64,000 nucleotides of DNA from Paracoccaceae bacterium (GTDB lineage: Bacteria > Pseudomonadota > Alphaproteobacteria > Rhodobacterales > Rhodobacteraceae), in NCBI GenBank assembly GCA_029242355.1, contig JAQWUC010000068.1, positions 55,797 to 119,796 of the forward strand, in the 5' to 3' direction. The position numbers and the translations under genes are program-made. A model generated the notes under the pieces. It did no database searches and was not told where the DNA came from. It saw only the letters and a program-made list of their open reading frames with translations. This document shows, piece after piece, positions 37,351 to 46,214 of the stretch. The number at the start of each line of letters is the position of its first letter. Position 1 is the stretch's first letter.

Positions 37351-38964
37351 TCATGACCGTTTCTTCAAAATATTTGTTAACCAATCAGGATCCATTTCAG
37401 GCACAGATGATAACAAAAGTTGAGTATAATCTGGATGAGGCGGAGAAAATACAATACTTTTCAAACCTTGTTCAACAACTTTGCCTTCCGACATAACGAC
37501 CACCTGATCTGATATAGCCTTAACCGTTGAGATATCGTGGGTGATAAACAAATAAGAGATTTGAAATTCCTTCTGTAGCCGCATCAATAACTGTAGAATG
37601 CCCTCCTGAACAATTTGATCTAAAGCAGAGGTCACCTCATCACAAATTATAACCTCAGGATTTGCAGCTAGTGCTCTAGCAATACAAATTCGTTGTTTTT
37701 GCCCTCCAGATAACTCACTTGGAAGTCTATCAATAAAACTTTCATCCAGATCGATCAATTCAAGTAACTCGATTGTTCGAGATCGGTTTAGCTCGCCCTT
37801 CATACCCAAATAAAATTCTAAAGGTCGACCAATAATTTCCCTCACTGTTTGTCTTGGATTCATGGCAACATCTGCCATTTGATATATCATTTGGATTTTT
37901 TGTAATTGCTCGCGTGTTCGGTTCTTCAATTCAGCTGGGAGCGACTCGCCACTGAACATAACAGAGCCTTCCGATGGTGGAAGAAGTCCAGTAATAACGC
38001 GAGCAGCAGTAGACTTACCAGAACCACTTTCTCCAACAACAGCAACAGTTCTTCCTCTTGGAAGTTTTATACCTACATCAAACAGCACTCTTGCTGCACC
38101 ATATGCCGCTGATATTGATTTCATTTCTAAGACTATGTCTTCCTCTACTTCCTCTTTCTTTTGTAGAGATCGTACCGACCACAAAGACTTAGTATATTCT
38201 TCTTTCGGAGATTCGAGCATTACTCGCGTTTCTGCTTCCTCAACTTGTTCTCCGTACCTTAGTACCTTTATCCTATCTGCCATTTGTGCAACAACAGATA
38301 AATCGTGCGTAATATAGATTGCTGCAGTATTAAACTCTTCAACAATAGATCTCATAGCTCCAAGCACTTCAACTTGAGTCGTCACGTCTAGAGCCGTGGT
38401 AGGCTCATCAAAAACTATCAGATCTGGGTTAGGCGACATTGCCATAGCGGTCATAATTCTTTGTAATTGTCCACCGGAAACCTGGTGAGGATATCTATTT
38501 CCAATGTTGTGCGGATCTGGAAGGTTAAGTGCTTCATAAAGTTTTCGAGCCTCTTTAAATGCATCGTTTCGATTCTTTAGTCCAGCACGCACTGTGGAGT
38601 CAGTAGTCTGGTTGATCAAACGATGTGCTGGATTGAAAGACGCGGCAGCAGATTGCGCCACATATGTCATCCTATTCCCCCAGTATTTACGCTTTTTAGA
38701 CTCACTTAGCCTAGCTAGGTTTTCGCCATTAAAGAGTATTTGGCCACCAGTAATACGACATCCAGGTTGCGTATAACCCATAGCGGCGAGACCTAAAGTT
38801 GATTTTCCAGCACCTGACTCTCCAATTATTCCAAGCACCTCCCCTTTAAAGAGAGTTAAATCTACACCTTTTATTATTTTATGCCATTTCTCGTCTGAAA
38901 ACCCCTCTATTTGCAATTCTTTAACCTGGAGAAGGATATTTTGGCTTGTTTTATCTTTACTCAT
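37351..38964 (-). CDS. Peptide/opine-type ABC transporter ATPase with duplicated nucleotide-binding domains
   Basis: Two Walker A motifs (GESGAGKST, GESGSGKST) and two signatures (VSGGQLQR, LSGGQKQR). 537 aa. Confidence 0.9.
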   Translation of the reverse strand: MSKDKTSQNILLQVKELQIEGFSDEKWHKIIKGVDLTLFKGEVLGIIGESGAGKSTLGLAAMGYTQPGCRITGGQILFNGENLARLSESKKRKYWGNRMTYVAQSAAASFNPAHRLINQTTDSTVRAGLKNRNDAFKEARKLYEALNLPDPHNIGNRYPHQVSGGQLQRIMTAMAMSPNPDLIVFDEPTTALDVTTQVEVLGAMRSIVEEFNTAAIYITHDLSVVAQMADRIKVLRYGEQVEEAETRVMLESPKEEYTKSLWSVRSLQKKEEVEEDIVLEMKSISAAYGAARVLFDVGIKLPRGRTVAVVGESGSGKSTAARVITGLLPPSEGSVMFSGESLPAELKNRTREQLQKIQMIYQMADVAMNPRQTVREIIGRPLEFYLGMKGELNRSRTIELLELIDLDESFIDRLPSELSGGQKQRICIARALAANPEVIICDEVTSALDQIVQEGILQLLMRLQKEFQISYLFITHDISTVKAISDQVVVMSEGKVVEQGLKSIVFSPPHPDYTQLLLSSVPEMDPDWLTNILKKRS

Positions 38965-39874
38965 CTCTGATACCGCTAGTCTTATGTAGAAACCAATCTA
39001 CCACAAAATTTACTGCTACAGTTAAAAGCGCTATTGCAGCGGCAGGTAATAAAGGTGTTATACCTGCTTTTAAATCATATTTTGCGAATTGAATAAGTGA
39101 TGCATTTTCTCGAACCATAGAGCCCCAATCAGCAGTTGGCGGTTGAATCCCAACTCCTAGAAAAGAAAGTGCCGCTATAGAGAGAAATACAAAGCAAAAT
39201 CGTAAGCCAAATTCTGCAATTAAAGGAGGTAAAATATTTGGGAGTATTTCTTTACGCATGACCCAACCTAATCCTTCGCCCCGAAGGCGTGCCGCCTCTA
39301 CATAATCCATCACCACTACATTCAATGAAACAGCCCGCGTAAGTCGAAACACACGGGTTGAATCCAAAATAGCTATTATCATTATTAAATTAATAACCGT
39401 TGAACCAAAGATGGATAAAAGGACTAAGGCAAAAATGAGTTGCGGTATTGCCATGAGGACATCAACTGTTCTACTGAAAACCAAATCTAAATATGATCTG
39501 TTTATAGCCGCAGCTAAACCAAGGCTACCTCCTATGAGAAATGCTAACAAAGTTGTGGCAACAGCAATTCCAACCGTATTGCGTGCCCCGTAAACCATTC
39601 TCGAAAAAATATCTCTTCCGATCTGATCGGTTCCAAAAATAAATTCAGAACTCCAAGGTGCATACGGTATAGGGAACACCTCAGCTTCACCGTAAGGTGC
39701 TATTAATGGAGCAAAAATAGCTACAACCGCATAAATCAGAATTACAACCATTCCGAATCGAGCCGTCAATGGTGACTTTAGCAAAGAAATTTTTATATTG
39801 GCGAAAATTGTACGGTTTTCTCTGATGGCACCAACTTCAGATAGTGCCGAATATGTGTTTGGTTTTTCGGTCAT
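38957..39874 (-). CDS. Peptide/opine-type ABC permease (DppC-like)
   Basis: 305-aa polytopic protein with an EAA-like loop (YVEAARLRGEG). Its ends overlap both neighbouring genes. Confidence 0.9.
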   Translation of the reverse strand: MTEKPNTYSALSEVGAIRENRTIFANIKISLLKSPLTARFGMVVILIYAVVAIFAPLIAPYGEAEVFPIPYAPWSSEFIFGTDQIGRDIFSRMVYGARNTVGIAVATTLLAFLIGGSLGLAAAINRSYLDLVFSRTVDVLMAIPQLIFALVLLSIFGSTVINLIMIIAILDSTRVFRLTRAVSLNVVVMDYVEAARLRGEGLGWVMRKEILPNILPPLIAEFGLRFCFVFLSIAALSFLGVGIQPPTADWGSMVRENASLIQFAKYDLKAGITPLLPAAAIALLTVAVNFVVDWFLHKTSGIRDE

Positions 39875-40851
39875 TTTGGATGTAGCAGCCTAGGATTAGT
39901 GATAATTCCGATGATATCGGCGATTAAATTTAACAATATGTAAGTTACGGCAAAAATAAGGGCACATCCCTGAACTACAGGGATATCTCGCGTTCTAACG
40001 GCATCTACCATTAACTGCCCTATGCCTGGATATACAAAAACGACTTCAACTACCACCACTCCAACAACAAGGTAAGCTAAATTAAAAGCAATTACTGTAG
40101 CAATGGGAGCCCACGCATTAGGCAAAGCGTGCTTTATAATGATTTCCAATTGTGATGCTCCTGACAATCGTGCCATTTGAATATAGGGACTTGCTAATAA
40201 ATTAATGATGGCTGCCCGCGTCATCCGCATCATATGAGCCACAATTACCAGTGTAAGCGTTAAAGCCGGTAGTGCAGTTCGATACACTCGCTCACCAATT
40301 AAAGTATCCGCATCGACATTTGCCAAAGAAGGGAAAACTGGATAAAGCGAAGCCATTAACAAAATAAGGATGTATGCGACAAAAAATTCTGGAAATGAAA
40401 TAGTTGTTAAAGTCGCCGTGTTTACGGATCGATCAAATACAGAATTTCTAAATAAAGCCGTCGTTATACCTAGAGCTAGGGAGATAGGAACAGCAATTAT
40501 AGCCGTCATCGACGCGAGGAACATAGTGTTCCATAGTCGTGGAGCGATCAAGCCAACCACTTCTCGAGATCTATCAACGCCAGAAGCATTTCGACCAGAA
40601 AACGAAGTTCCAAGATCCCCTTGAATAGCCCCCAACACCCATTGAATGTAACGAACGAAGGGATGTTGATCTAGGCCAAGCTGCCGCCGAAATGCTGCGA
40701 CTGTCTCTGGTGTTGCCCTCTGACCTAAAATAGCCTCACCAAAATCACCTGGAAGCATCTCGATTGCTGAAAAAATAATAATGGATACGGCAAACAGAGT
40801 TAATACACCCAAGCCAAGACGCTCAAGTATTGTTTTTACAATGGAATGCAA
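39871..40851 (-). CDS. Peptide/opine-type ABC permease (DppB-like)
   Basis: 326 aa with a DppB-like N-terminus (ILERLGLGVLTLFAVSIIIFSAIEMLPGD). Confidence 0.9.
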   Translation of the reverse strand: MHSIVKTILERLGLGVLTLFAVSIIIFSAIEMLPGDFGEAILGQRATPETVAAFRRQLGLDQHPFVRYIQWVLGAIQGDLGTSFSGRNASGVDRSREVVGLIAPRLWNTMFLASMTAIIAVPISLALGITTALFRNSVFDRSVNTATLTTISFPEFFVAYILILLMASLYPVFPSLANVDADTLIGERVYRTALPALTLTLVIVAHMMRMTRAAIINLLASPYIQMARLSGASQLEIIIKHALPNAWAPIATVIAFNLAYLVVGVVVVEVVFVYPGIGQLMVDAVRTRDIPVVQGCALIFAVTYILLNLIADIIGIITNPRLLHPK

Positions 40852-40888
40852 AGAAATTCCTCGTTTAATTGGTTAAATTCAAATAATT

Positions 40889-40913
40889 TGGGCGGGCAAA
40901 AAAGGCCCACCCA
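40889..40913 (-). terminator. Intercistronic hairpin after the family-5 SBP gene
   Basis: On the minus RNA, UGGGUGGGC-cuuuuuu-GCCCGCCCA is followed by an A/U-rich tail. One position is G-U on the sense strand only. Confidence 0.45.
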
Positions 40914-40934
40914 AACAAATTTTGTTTTATAATT

Positions 40935-42530
40935 TTATGCGAACCACCAGCGCTCAACACATTTAGCGCCGTCACTATCCCAGTTAGCTGCAACTTCACC
41001 CATAGCGACTGATTTACTATTAGCACTAACATAGCTATTAAAAAGAGGCACCATCGCACCACCATCATCGCTAATAAGCCGTTGGCATTCATAATAAATT
41101 TCTCTACGTTTGGCTTCATTCAGCTCAGCTCTAGCCTCTTTCACAAGCCTATTGAATTTTTTAGCCCCATCTGTGGTTTTCCAGTTAGTATCATTCCACT
41201 TGGTATCATCGGTGTATGCAGCTGAGAACATCCAATCCTCTGTTGGTCTTCCTCCCCAGTAACATGCACACCAACCTTTAGCGTCATTATTCCAGACATT
41301 TGACCAATAGCCATCACTTGGTTCACGAACAACTTCAATCTCCATGCCCGCTTTGCTTGCTGAATTAGCAATTAGCTGAGCTGCATCAACTGCCCCAGCA
41401 AAAGCCGCATCAGAAGCTGACAATGGTATCTTTCCTGAGTGCCCCGATTTTTTATAATGGTGCGCCGCCTTATCAATATCTATTTCACGCTGCGGCATGT
41501 CACTATTATGATACCTATTGGCAGTAGAAATCGGATGATCATTTCCAACAGCACCATATCCTAATAGAATTTTATCTACCAGTTCCTGACGATTAACGGC
41601 TAATTTTAAAGCCATTCTAAGATCATAGTTACCAAATGGATCTACGTTTAATCTCATAGGAAAAGTATAATGCGCTGTTCCTGTAACATCCATGATATTT
41701 ATATTTGGATCTCGTTTGAAGAGATTAATCGTTTTTAGATCGACACGATCCATAGCATCAATTTCACCAGTCATTAATGCATTTTGTCTGGCCGTAGGAT
41801 CTATTATTGATATTAATTCTACCTCATCAAAGTGAGCCCGACCCTCTTTCCAGTAATTTGGATTTCGTTTTAAAACGCTTTTCACGCCTGGTTCAAAAGA
41901 TTGGACAATATATCCACCAGTTCCAATCCCTGAGGTCATATCACCTGCGGGTCGTATTGAAATGTGGTAATCGCTAACAATAAATGGAAAGTCAGCGTTT
42001 GCGCTTTCAAGATCAAAAATTACTCGATGGTTACCATCGGCTTTAATCGATTTCACAGCAGTCAGCAAACCCTTCGCTGCAGAAGTTGAGTCTTCACCCA
42101 TATGGTGACCATAAGATGCTAAAACATCTTCAGATGAAAATGACTTTCCATTATGGAATTCAACACCTTTTCTTAGATTAAAAATCCAAGTTTTAGCATC
42201 GTCGGACTCATAGCTTTCAGCTAACTCTCCAATAAGCTGCCCGTTATTATCAACCTCTGTCAAATGATTCCCAAAAGTATAACCATTTATAAGTGTAAAG
42301 TGGTTTTCAGAAGTAGCAGAATCAAGCGTATCCGTTGTTGAACCATGCGCCACACCAAACCTAAACAGTCCACCTCTCTTTGGCGCGGCAGCTACTGCTT
42401 GCCCAGCAAGGGTCAGAGCCGCAGGAACTGCAAGTCCTGTAGCTAACGCAGACATCATAAATTGACGTCGGTCTATTTGGCCAGCCGTTAGCTGTCCTGA
42501 AAGATGATTAATATAATTTTTTTTATTCAT
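40935..42530 (-). CDS. Family-5 (DppA/OppA-like) ABC substrate-binding protein with a Tat-type signal
   Basis: Twin-arginine leader (IDRRQFMMSALATGLAVPAALTLAGQAVAA). 531 aa. First gene of a 4-gene transporter operon. Confidence 0.9.
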   Translation of the reverse strand: MNKKNYINHLSGQLTAGQIDRRQFMMSALATGLAVPAALTLAGQAVAAAPKRGGLFRFGVAHGSTTDTLDSATSENHFTLINGYTFGNHLTEVDNNGQLIGELAESYESDDAKTWIFNLRKGVEFHNGKSFSSEDVLASYGHHMGEDSTSAAKGLLTAVKSIKADGNHRVIFDLESANADFPFIVSDYHISIRPAGDMTSGIGTGGYIVQSFEPGVKSVLKRNPNYWKEGRAHFDEVELISIIDPTARQNALMTGEIDAMDRVDLKTINLFKRDPNINIMDVTGTAHYTFPMRLNVDPFGNYDLRMALKLAVNRQELVDKILLGYGAVGNDHPISTANRYHNSDMPQREIDIDKAAHHYKKSGHSGKIPLSASDAAFAGAVDAAQLIANSASKAGMEIEVVREPSDGYWSNVWNNDAKGWCACYWGGRPTEDWMFSAAYTDDTKWNDTNWKTTDGAKKFNRLVKEARAELNEAKRREIYYECQRLISDDGGAMVPLFNSYVSANSKSVAMGEVAANWDSDGAKCVERWWFA

Positions 42531-42567
42531 GTGTTTCTCCCTTGTTGCGCGATAAGCGCTATCCTTA

Positions 42568-42601
42568 GATTTCTTTACATACTATTGGATTTCTTTACAT
42601 A
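42568..42601. repeat. Two copies of a 14-bp direct repeat GATTTCTTTACATA, starts 20 bp apart
   Basis: Copies at 42568-42581 and 42588-42601. They sit immediately downstream of, and abut, the predicted minus-strand -10 box, which is an operator-like position. Confidence 0.6.
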
Positions 42602-42628
42602 TTATAATGTCACAGTCTTTTTGATCAA
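42601..42628 (-). promoter_or_regulatory. Candidate sigma70 promoter for the Dpp-like transporter operon
   Basis: On the minus strand, TTGATC, a 16-nt spacer, then TATAAT, about 70 nt upstream of the SBP start codon. Confidence 0.45.
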
Positions 42629-42746
42629 ATGACTGATTATCCTCCAACAATTCTACGGTCTAAATCAACTGAAATAAAGTAGAACCTAATGCGATGATAA
42701 GCAATTAGACGATTCCTGCAACAATATATTTAAAAAATATTACCTC

Positions 42747-42800
42747 TATTAAGTATTCTTCCCATTATCTTCCTATTAATATTAAGTATTCTTCCCATTA
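42747..42800. repeat. Two copies of a perfect 21-bp direct repeat TATTAAGTATTCTTCCCATTA, starts 33 bp apart
   Basis: Copies at 42747-42767 and 42780-42800, about 80-130 bp upstream of the predicted plus-strand promoter. Confidence 0.6.
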
Positions 42801-42877
42801 AACGTTATCCTGAATTTTGAAGAAAAATATATTTATCGAACTACATCGAACAAATACTAATAAAAATTAGTAAAAGA

Positions 42878-42905
42878 TTGAATCAATCCTTGGCAAACGT
42901 ATAAA
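42878..42905 (+). promoter_or_regulatory. Candidate sigma70 promoter for the ThDP / transthyretin-like / DmdA-like operon
   Basis: TTGAAT, a 16-nt spacer, then TATAAA, about 55 nt upstream of the TTG start at 42960, which itself has AGGAG 7 nt upstream. Confidence 0.4.
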
Positions 42906-42959
42906 TACACGACAATAGTTAAAATAAAGTATCTAATCATAATAAATCAGGAGATCGTT

Positions 42960-44705
42960 TTGAGCGACGTACAAAAACTTCGTGGAGGGCAAATTCTAGC
43001 TCGGGCTTTGCGTGAAAAAAAAATTAAACATGTATTCACCCTCGCAGGCGGTTTTTGCAATCCTGCTCTCGAAGGCTTTATGGATTGTCAAATTCCTGTG
43101 ATCAACTGTCCCCATGAACAAATAGCAGGTCACCTAGCTGACGGACACGCTAGGATAACCCGCCAACCGACAGTATGTCTTGTCGGCCCTGAAGGGTTTT
43201 CCAATGCCGTTCCAGCCATGATGGAGGCCTGGGGCGAGAGATCCCCTGTTATTTTTATTACTGGTTCTTCAACAAAAAAAAGAGAGGGCTCTGGAGGATT
43301 CAAAGAGATAGATGATGTAGCTATAGCTGCACCTTTAACAAAGTACAGTGTATCAATATCAGATGGAACCCGCATTAAGGAATTCGTAGACCGCGCTTGG
43401 AAAATGGCAATCAATGGATATCCCGGCCCAGTACACCTTAGCTTACCTGTCGATATAATGTTTGCATCTTTCGATGAAAATGCTACATCAAAAGAAAGAC
43501 CTTTCAACTCGGTATCAAAACCCGCCCCTCGGGCTTGGCCAGACCCTGAAATTTTAGACAATATTATCGCTATAATTAAAAATGCTAAAAAGCCAATCTT
43601 GATTGGTGGACACGGTGTTTGGTGGTCTAAAACTGAACAAAAACTTAGCGCCGCGGCCGAAAAAATCAACATTCCAATATTTAACATCCCATATCATCAA
43701 AAATTGCTCGATGAAACTTGTCGAGCCTACATGGGACTAGCAGATATTCATCAATATGCACCTTCAAAATTTGCTCTTCACTCAAGTGATTGTATTATTA
43801 TGGTTGGGTGTCGGCTAGATAATCAAATGAATTTTGGAAATCCGCCGTTAATTCCAGCAGAATCAAAACTTATTTGTGTAAATGGAAGTGATGAGGAAAT
43901 AAACTATAACAGGTCAGCAGACGAGCTCTTGTTAAGCGATCCAGGAGCATTCTTTGATGGTTTGGCAGAAAATTTTTCACCATCGGAGTGGGCTATTAAA
44001 GAAGATTGGCTAGAGCAAAATATCAAAGCACGCGAGGATTGGGTGCAAACCAGTCTTCAACAACTTGATTCTGAAACAAGCGAAAAAGATTGGTCAGGCG
44101 GAATCATACATCCCTTGAAATTATCTCTTGAGGTTCAAAATGCTATGAGTGATGGTGATTGGTTGGTTTTTGACGGTGGGAATACACACTTTTGGTCAGA
44201 AATTGCTGTGAATATTGCTTCAAAAAATGGTCGAAAATTTGGTGGGATTTTACATCCCGGATCATATAGTTTGCTTGGGGTGGGCGTATCATTCGCGCTC
44301 TCTGCTAAAAATACCAATCGAGATAAAACAGTTGTTCTTATTTCTGGTGATGGTGCATTTTTGTCAGGCGGACTATCAATCGAAGCAGCTTTTCAAGAAA
44401 ATTTACCGATAGTGGTGGTTATTGATAACAATGGAGGTCTGGATTGTATATCACAACAACAAGAAAGACTATTTTCAAGTGGAACACATTTTGCCACCGA
44501 CTTTCGGGACATTCCTTTTCATAACTTATTTGAAGGAATGGGGGGGCATGGAGAACTCGTAACCCATCGTGCTGATATATCCGCCGCTGTAAAACGCGCC
44601 ATTGCAAGCGGTAAACCCGCCTGTGTTAATGTAAAGGCAAGAGGCGTGATTAGTCCTATTGTGGCGGCAACCAGCGACAAACGCGATAAAGCATCAATTG
44701 AATGA
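42960..44705 (+). CDS. ThDP-dependent enzyme of the acetolactate-synthase / oxalyl-CoA-decarboxylase / 2-hydroxyacyl-CoA-lyase superfamily
   Basis: PHEQIAGHLADGHARITRQP (catalytic Glu context), GSSTKKREGSGGFKEID, and the ThDP motif GDGAFLSGGLSIEAA...IDNNGG. 581 aa. Confidence 0.85.
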   Translation: MSDVQKLRGGQILARALREKKIKHVFTLAGGFCNPALEGFMDCQIPVINCPHEQIAGHLADGHARITRQPTVCLVGPEGFSNAVPAMMEAWGERSPVIFITGSSTKKREGSGGFKEIDDVAIAAPLTKYSVSISDGTRIKEFVDRAWKMAINGYPGPVHLSLPVDIMFASFDENATSKERPFNSVSKPAPRAWPDPEILDNIIAIIKNAKKPILIGGHGVWWSKTEQKLSAAAEKINIPIFNIPYHQKLLDETCRAYMGLADIHQYAPSKFALHSSDCIIMVGCRLDNQMNFGNPPLIPAESKLICVNGSDEEINYNRSADELLLSDPGAFFDGLAENFSPSEWAIKEDWLEQNIKAREDWVQTSLQQLDSETSEKDWSGGIIHPLKLSLEVQNAMSDGDWLVFDGGNTHFWSEIAVNIASKNGRKFGGILHPGSYSLLGVGVSFALSAKNTNRDKTVVLISGDGAFLSGGLSIEAAFQENLPIVVVIDNNGGLDCISQQQERLFSSGTHFATDFRDIPFHNLFEGMGGHGELVTHRADISAAVKRAIASGKPACVNVKARGVISPIVAATSDKRDKASIE

Positions 44706-44714
44706 AAGTTTAAA

Positions 44715-45056
44715 ATGATTTCATTAAGTACCCACACACTTGACTCTTCGACTGGGACCCATGCGGCTGGAATAAGTGTGAAATTATTTGCAAACAGCAA
44801 TAATAAACTCATTGAATTATGGAGTAGACTTACAGATGAAGGCGGTCGATTAAAGGTTGAATTTGAAATAGACCCTCAACACCAAAATTGCGAATTGCTA
44901 CTCTCATATAACATTGCTAGCTATTTTATGAAAACTGCAAAAGGCGTTCAAACCAAGTCTGTAAGTTTAACTATCAAATTACCTGACCCTAATGGGACCT
45001 ATCATTTGCCAATAATTATTTCGCCACATGGCGCTTCTTTATGGTGGTCAAATTAA
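44715..45056 (+). CDS. Transthyretin-like protein (5-hydroxyisourate hydrolase family) with a non-canonical C-terminus
   Basis: LSTHTLDSSTGTHAAGISV, TDEGGR and YHLPIIISPHG align with HIUase patterns, but the C-terminus is LWWSN instead of the diagnostic YRGS. Confidence 0.75.
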   Translation: MISLSTHTLDSSTGTHAAGISVKLFANSNNKLIELWSRLTDEGGRLKVEFEIDPQHQNCELLLSYNIASYFMKTAKGVQTKSVSLTIKLPDPNGTYHLPIIISPHGASLWWSN

Positions 45057-45072
45057 AATAAAAGGGATTTAA

Positions 45073-46191
45073 ATGACATTGAGTAATTTAAAAATGTCAC
45101 GGCGAATTAGGCGAACTCCGTTCACTGACAAAGTTGAATGGCATGGCGTAACAGGTTTTACCGTAGTAAATCATACATTGCTTCCAAAATCATTTCAAAA
45201 TACAGTTGAAGAAGATTATTGGCACCTTCGAGATAAAGTGCAGATTTGGGATGTTGGGTGTCAAAGACAAGTACAAATTTCAGGTCCTGATGCAAAAAAA
45301 TTAGTGCAGTGGATTACCCCTCGTGATCTAACTAGAGCAATACCTGGTAAATGTTTATACGTTCCGCTAATTACAGAGGATGCAGGGTTTATCAATGATC
45401 CAGTACTTTTAAAATTATCAGAAAGTAAATATTGGCTATCGATTGCTGATTCTGATGTACTACTTTGGGTAAGAGGACTAGCTTTGGGTGCTAAGCTCAA
45501 AGTCGAAATAATCGAACCAGACGTGTGGCCACTTGCAATACAGGGCCCTAAAGCAGTTCACGTTATGGCAGAAGTCTTTGGTTCAAGAGTTCGAGACATA
45601 AAATTTTTTAATTTTGATTGGTTCGATTTTGAAGATTCTAAACAGTTAATTGCTCGATCTGGGTACTCAAAACAAGGTGGCTTTGAGATTTATTTACAGG
45701 GTAGCAAATATGGGTCACGGCTATGGGAGAAAATATTTGAAGCTGGAATAAAATACGATATACGCCCAGGATCACCAAACATTATTGAAAGAATAGAGGC
45801 GGGATTGCTTTCCTATGGAAACGAGATGACCATTCAAGACAATCCGTTAGAATGTGGCTTAGATAAATATTGTGATCTATCTGATCAAATAGAATATATT
45901 GGAAAAAAAAAACTTCACTCAATTGCAAAAAATGGATTAACAAAACGAATAAGAGGGGTTCGTTTTACCGGGAAGCCGATGGCAGCGTGCAGTATTCCCT
46001 GGCCAGTGATGTCAAAAGCAACAAATAAAACTATTGGTAAAATTACTTCTGGAATTTATTCGCCGAGGCTCAAAATGAATATTGGTCTTTCAATGATCCA
46101 AAAAGATCATTGGGATCCTGGAACAAAAGTACTTGTTCAGACTGAACATGGAAAAGTTATCAATGGTGAGATCTGTAGTTTGCCATTTTAA
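45073..46191 (+). CDS. GcvT-family aminomethyltransferase, DMSP-demethylase (DmdA)-like
   Basis: SRRIRRTPF, VVNHTLLP, VQIWDVGCQRQVQISGPDA, ARSGYSKQGGFEIY and NIIERIEAGLLSYGNEM parallel my memory of DmdA-clade sequences. 372 aa. Confidence 0.7.
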   Translation: MTLSNLKMSRRIRRTPFTDKVEWHGVTGFTVVNHTLLPKSFQNTVEEDYWHLRDKVQIWDVGCQRQVQISGPDAKKLVQWITPRDLTRAIPGKCLYVPLITEDAGFINDPVLLKLSESKYWLSIADSDVLLWVRGLALGAKLKVEIIEPDVWPLAIQGPKAVHVMAEVFGSRVRDIKFFNFDWFDFEDSKQLIARSGYSKQGGFEIYLQGSKYGSRLWEKIFEAGIKYDIRPGSPNIIERIEAGLLSYGNEMTIQDNPLECGLDKYCDLSDQIEYIGKKKLHSIAKNGLTKRIRGVRFTGKPMAACSIPWPVMSKATNKTIGKITSGIYSPRLKMNIGLSMIQKDHWDPGTKVLVQTEHGKVINGEICSLPF

Positions 46192-46214
46192 AATCAAAAC
46201 TAATCCAATATTGA

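Noticed and set aside
42730-42798. A 22-codon ORF (MGRILNINRKIMGRILNRGNIF) as a stand-alone annotated gene.
   Set aside because: It is too short and supported only by a weak AGGA. Its repeated peptide follows directly from the 21-bp DNA repeats. It is mentioned inside the intergenic-region finding but not called as a feature.
43130-43687. Long antisense ORFs inside well-supported genes: 185 aa at 43130-43687, 127 aa at 22928-23311, 122 aa at 5720-6088, 116 aa at 30538-30888, 107 aa at 36903-37226 and 103 aa at 13968-14279.
   Set aside because: Each lies entirely within, and opposite to, a gene with clear family motifs. Their translations are low-complexity or Ser/Pro/Arg-rich and show no recognisable motif. 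Antisense ORFs of this kind are expected by chance opposite well-conserved genes.
44715-45056. Calling the transthyretin-like gene a standard 5-hydroxyisourate hydrolase (hiuH/pucM).
   Set aside because: The C-terminal YRGS tetrapeptide that defines active HIUases is replaced by LWWSN, and no purine-catabolism genes are nearby. I therefore kept only the family-level call.
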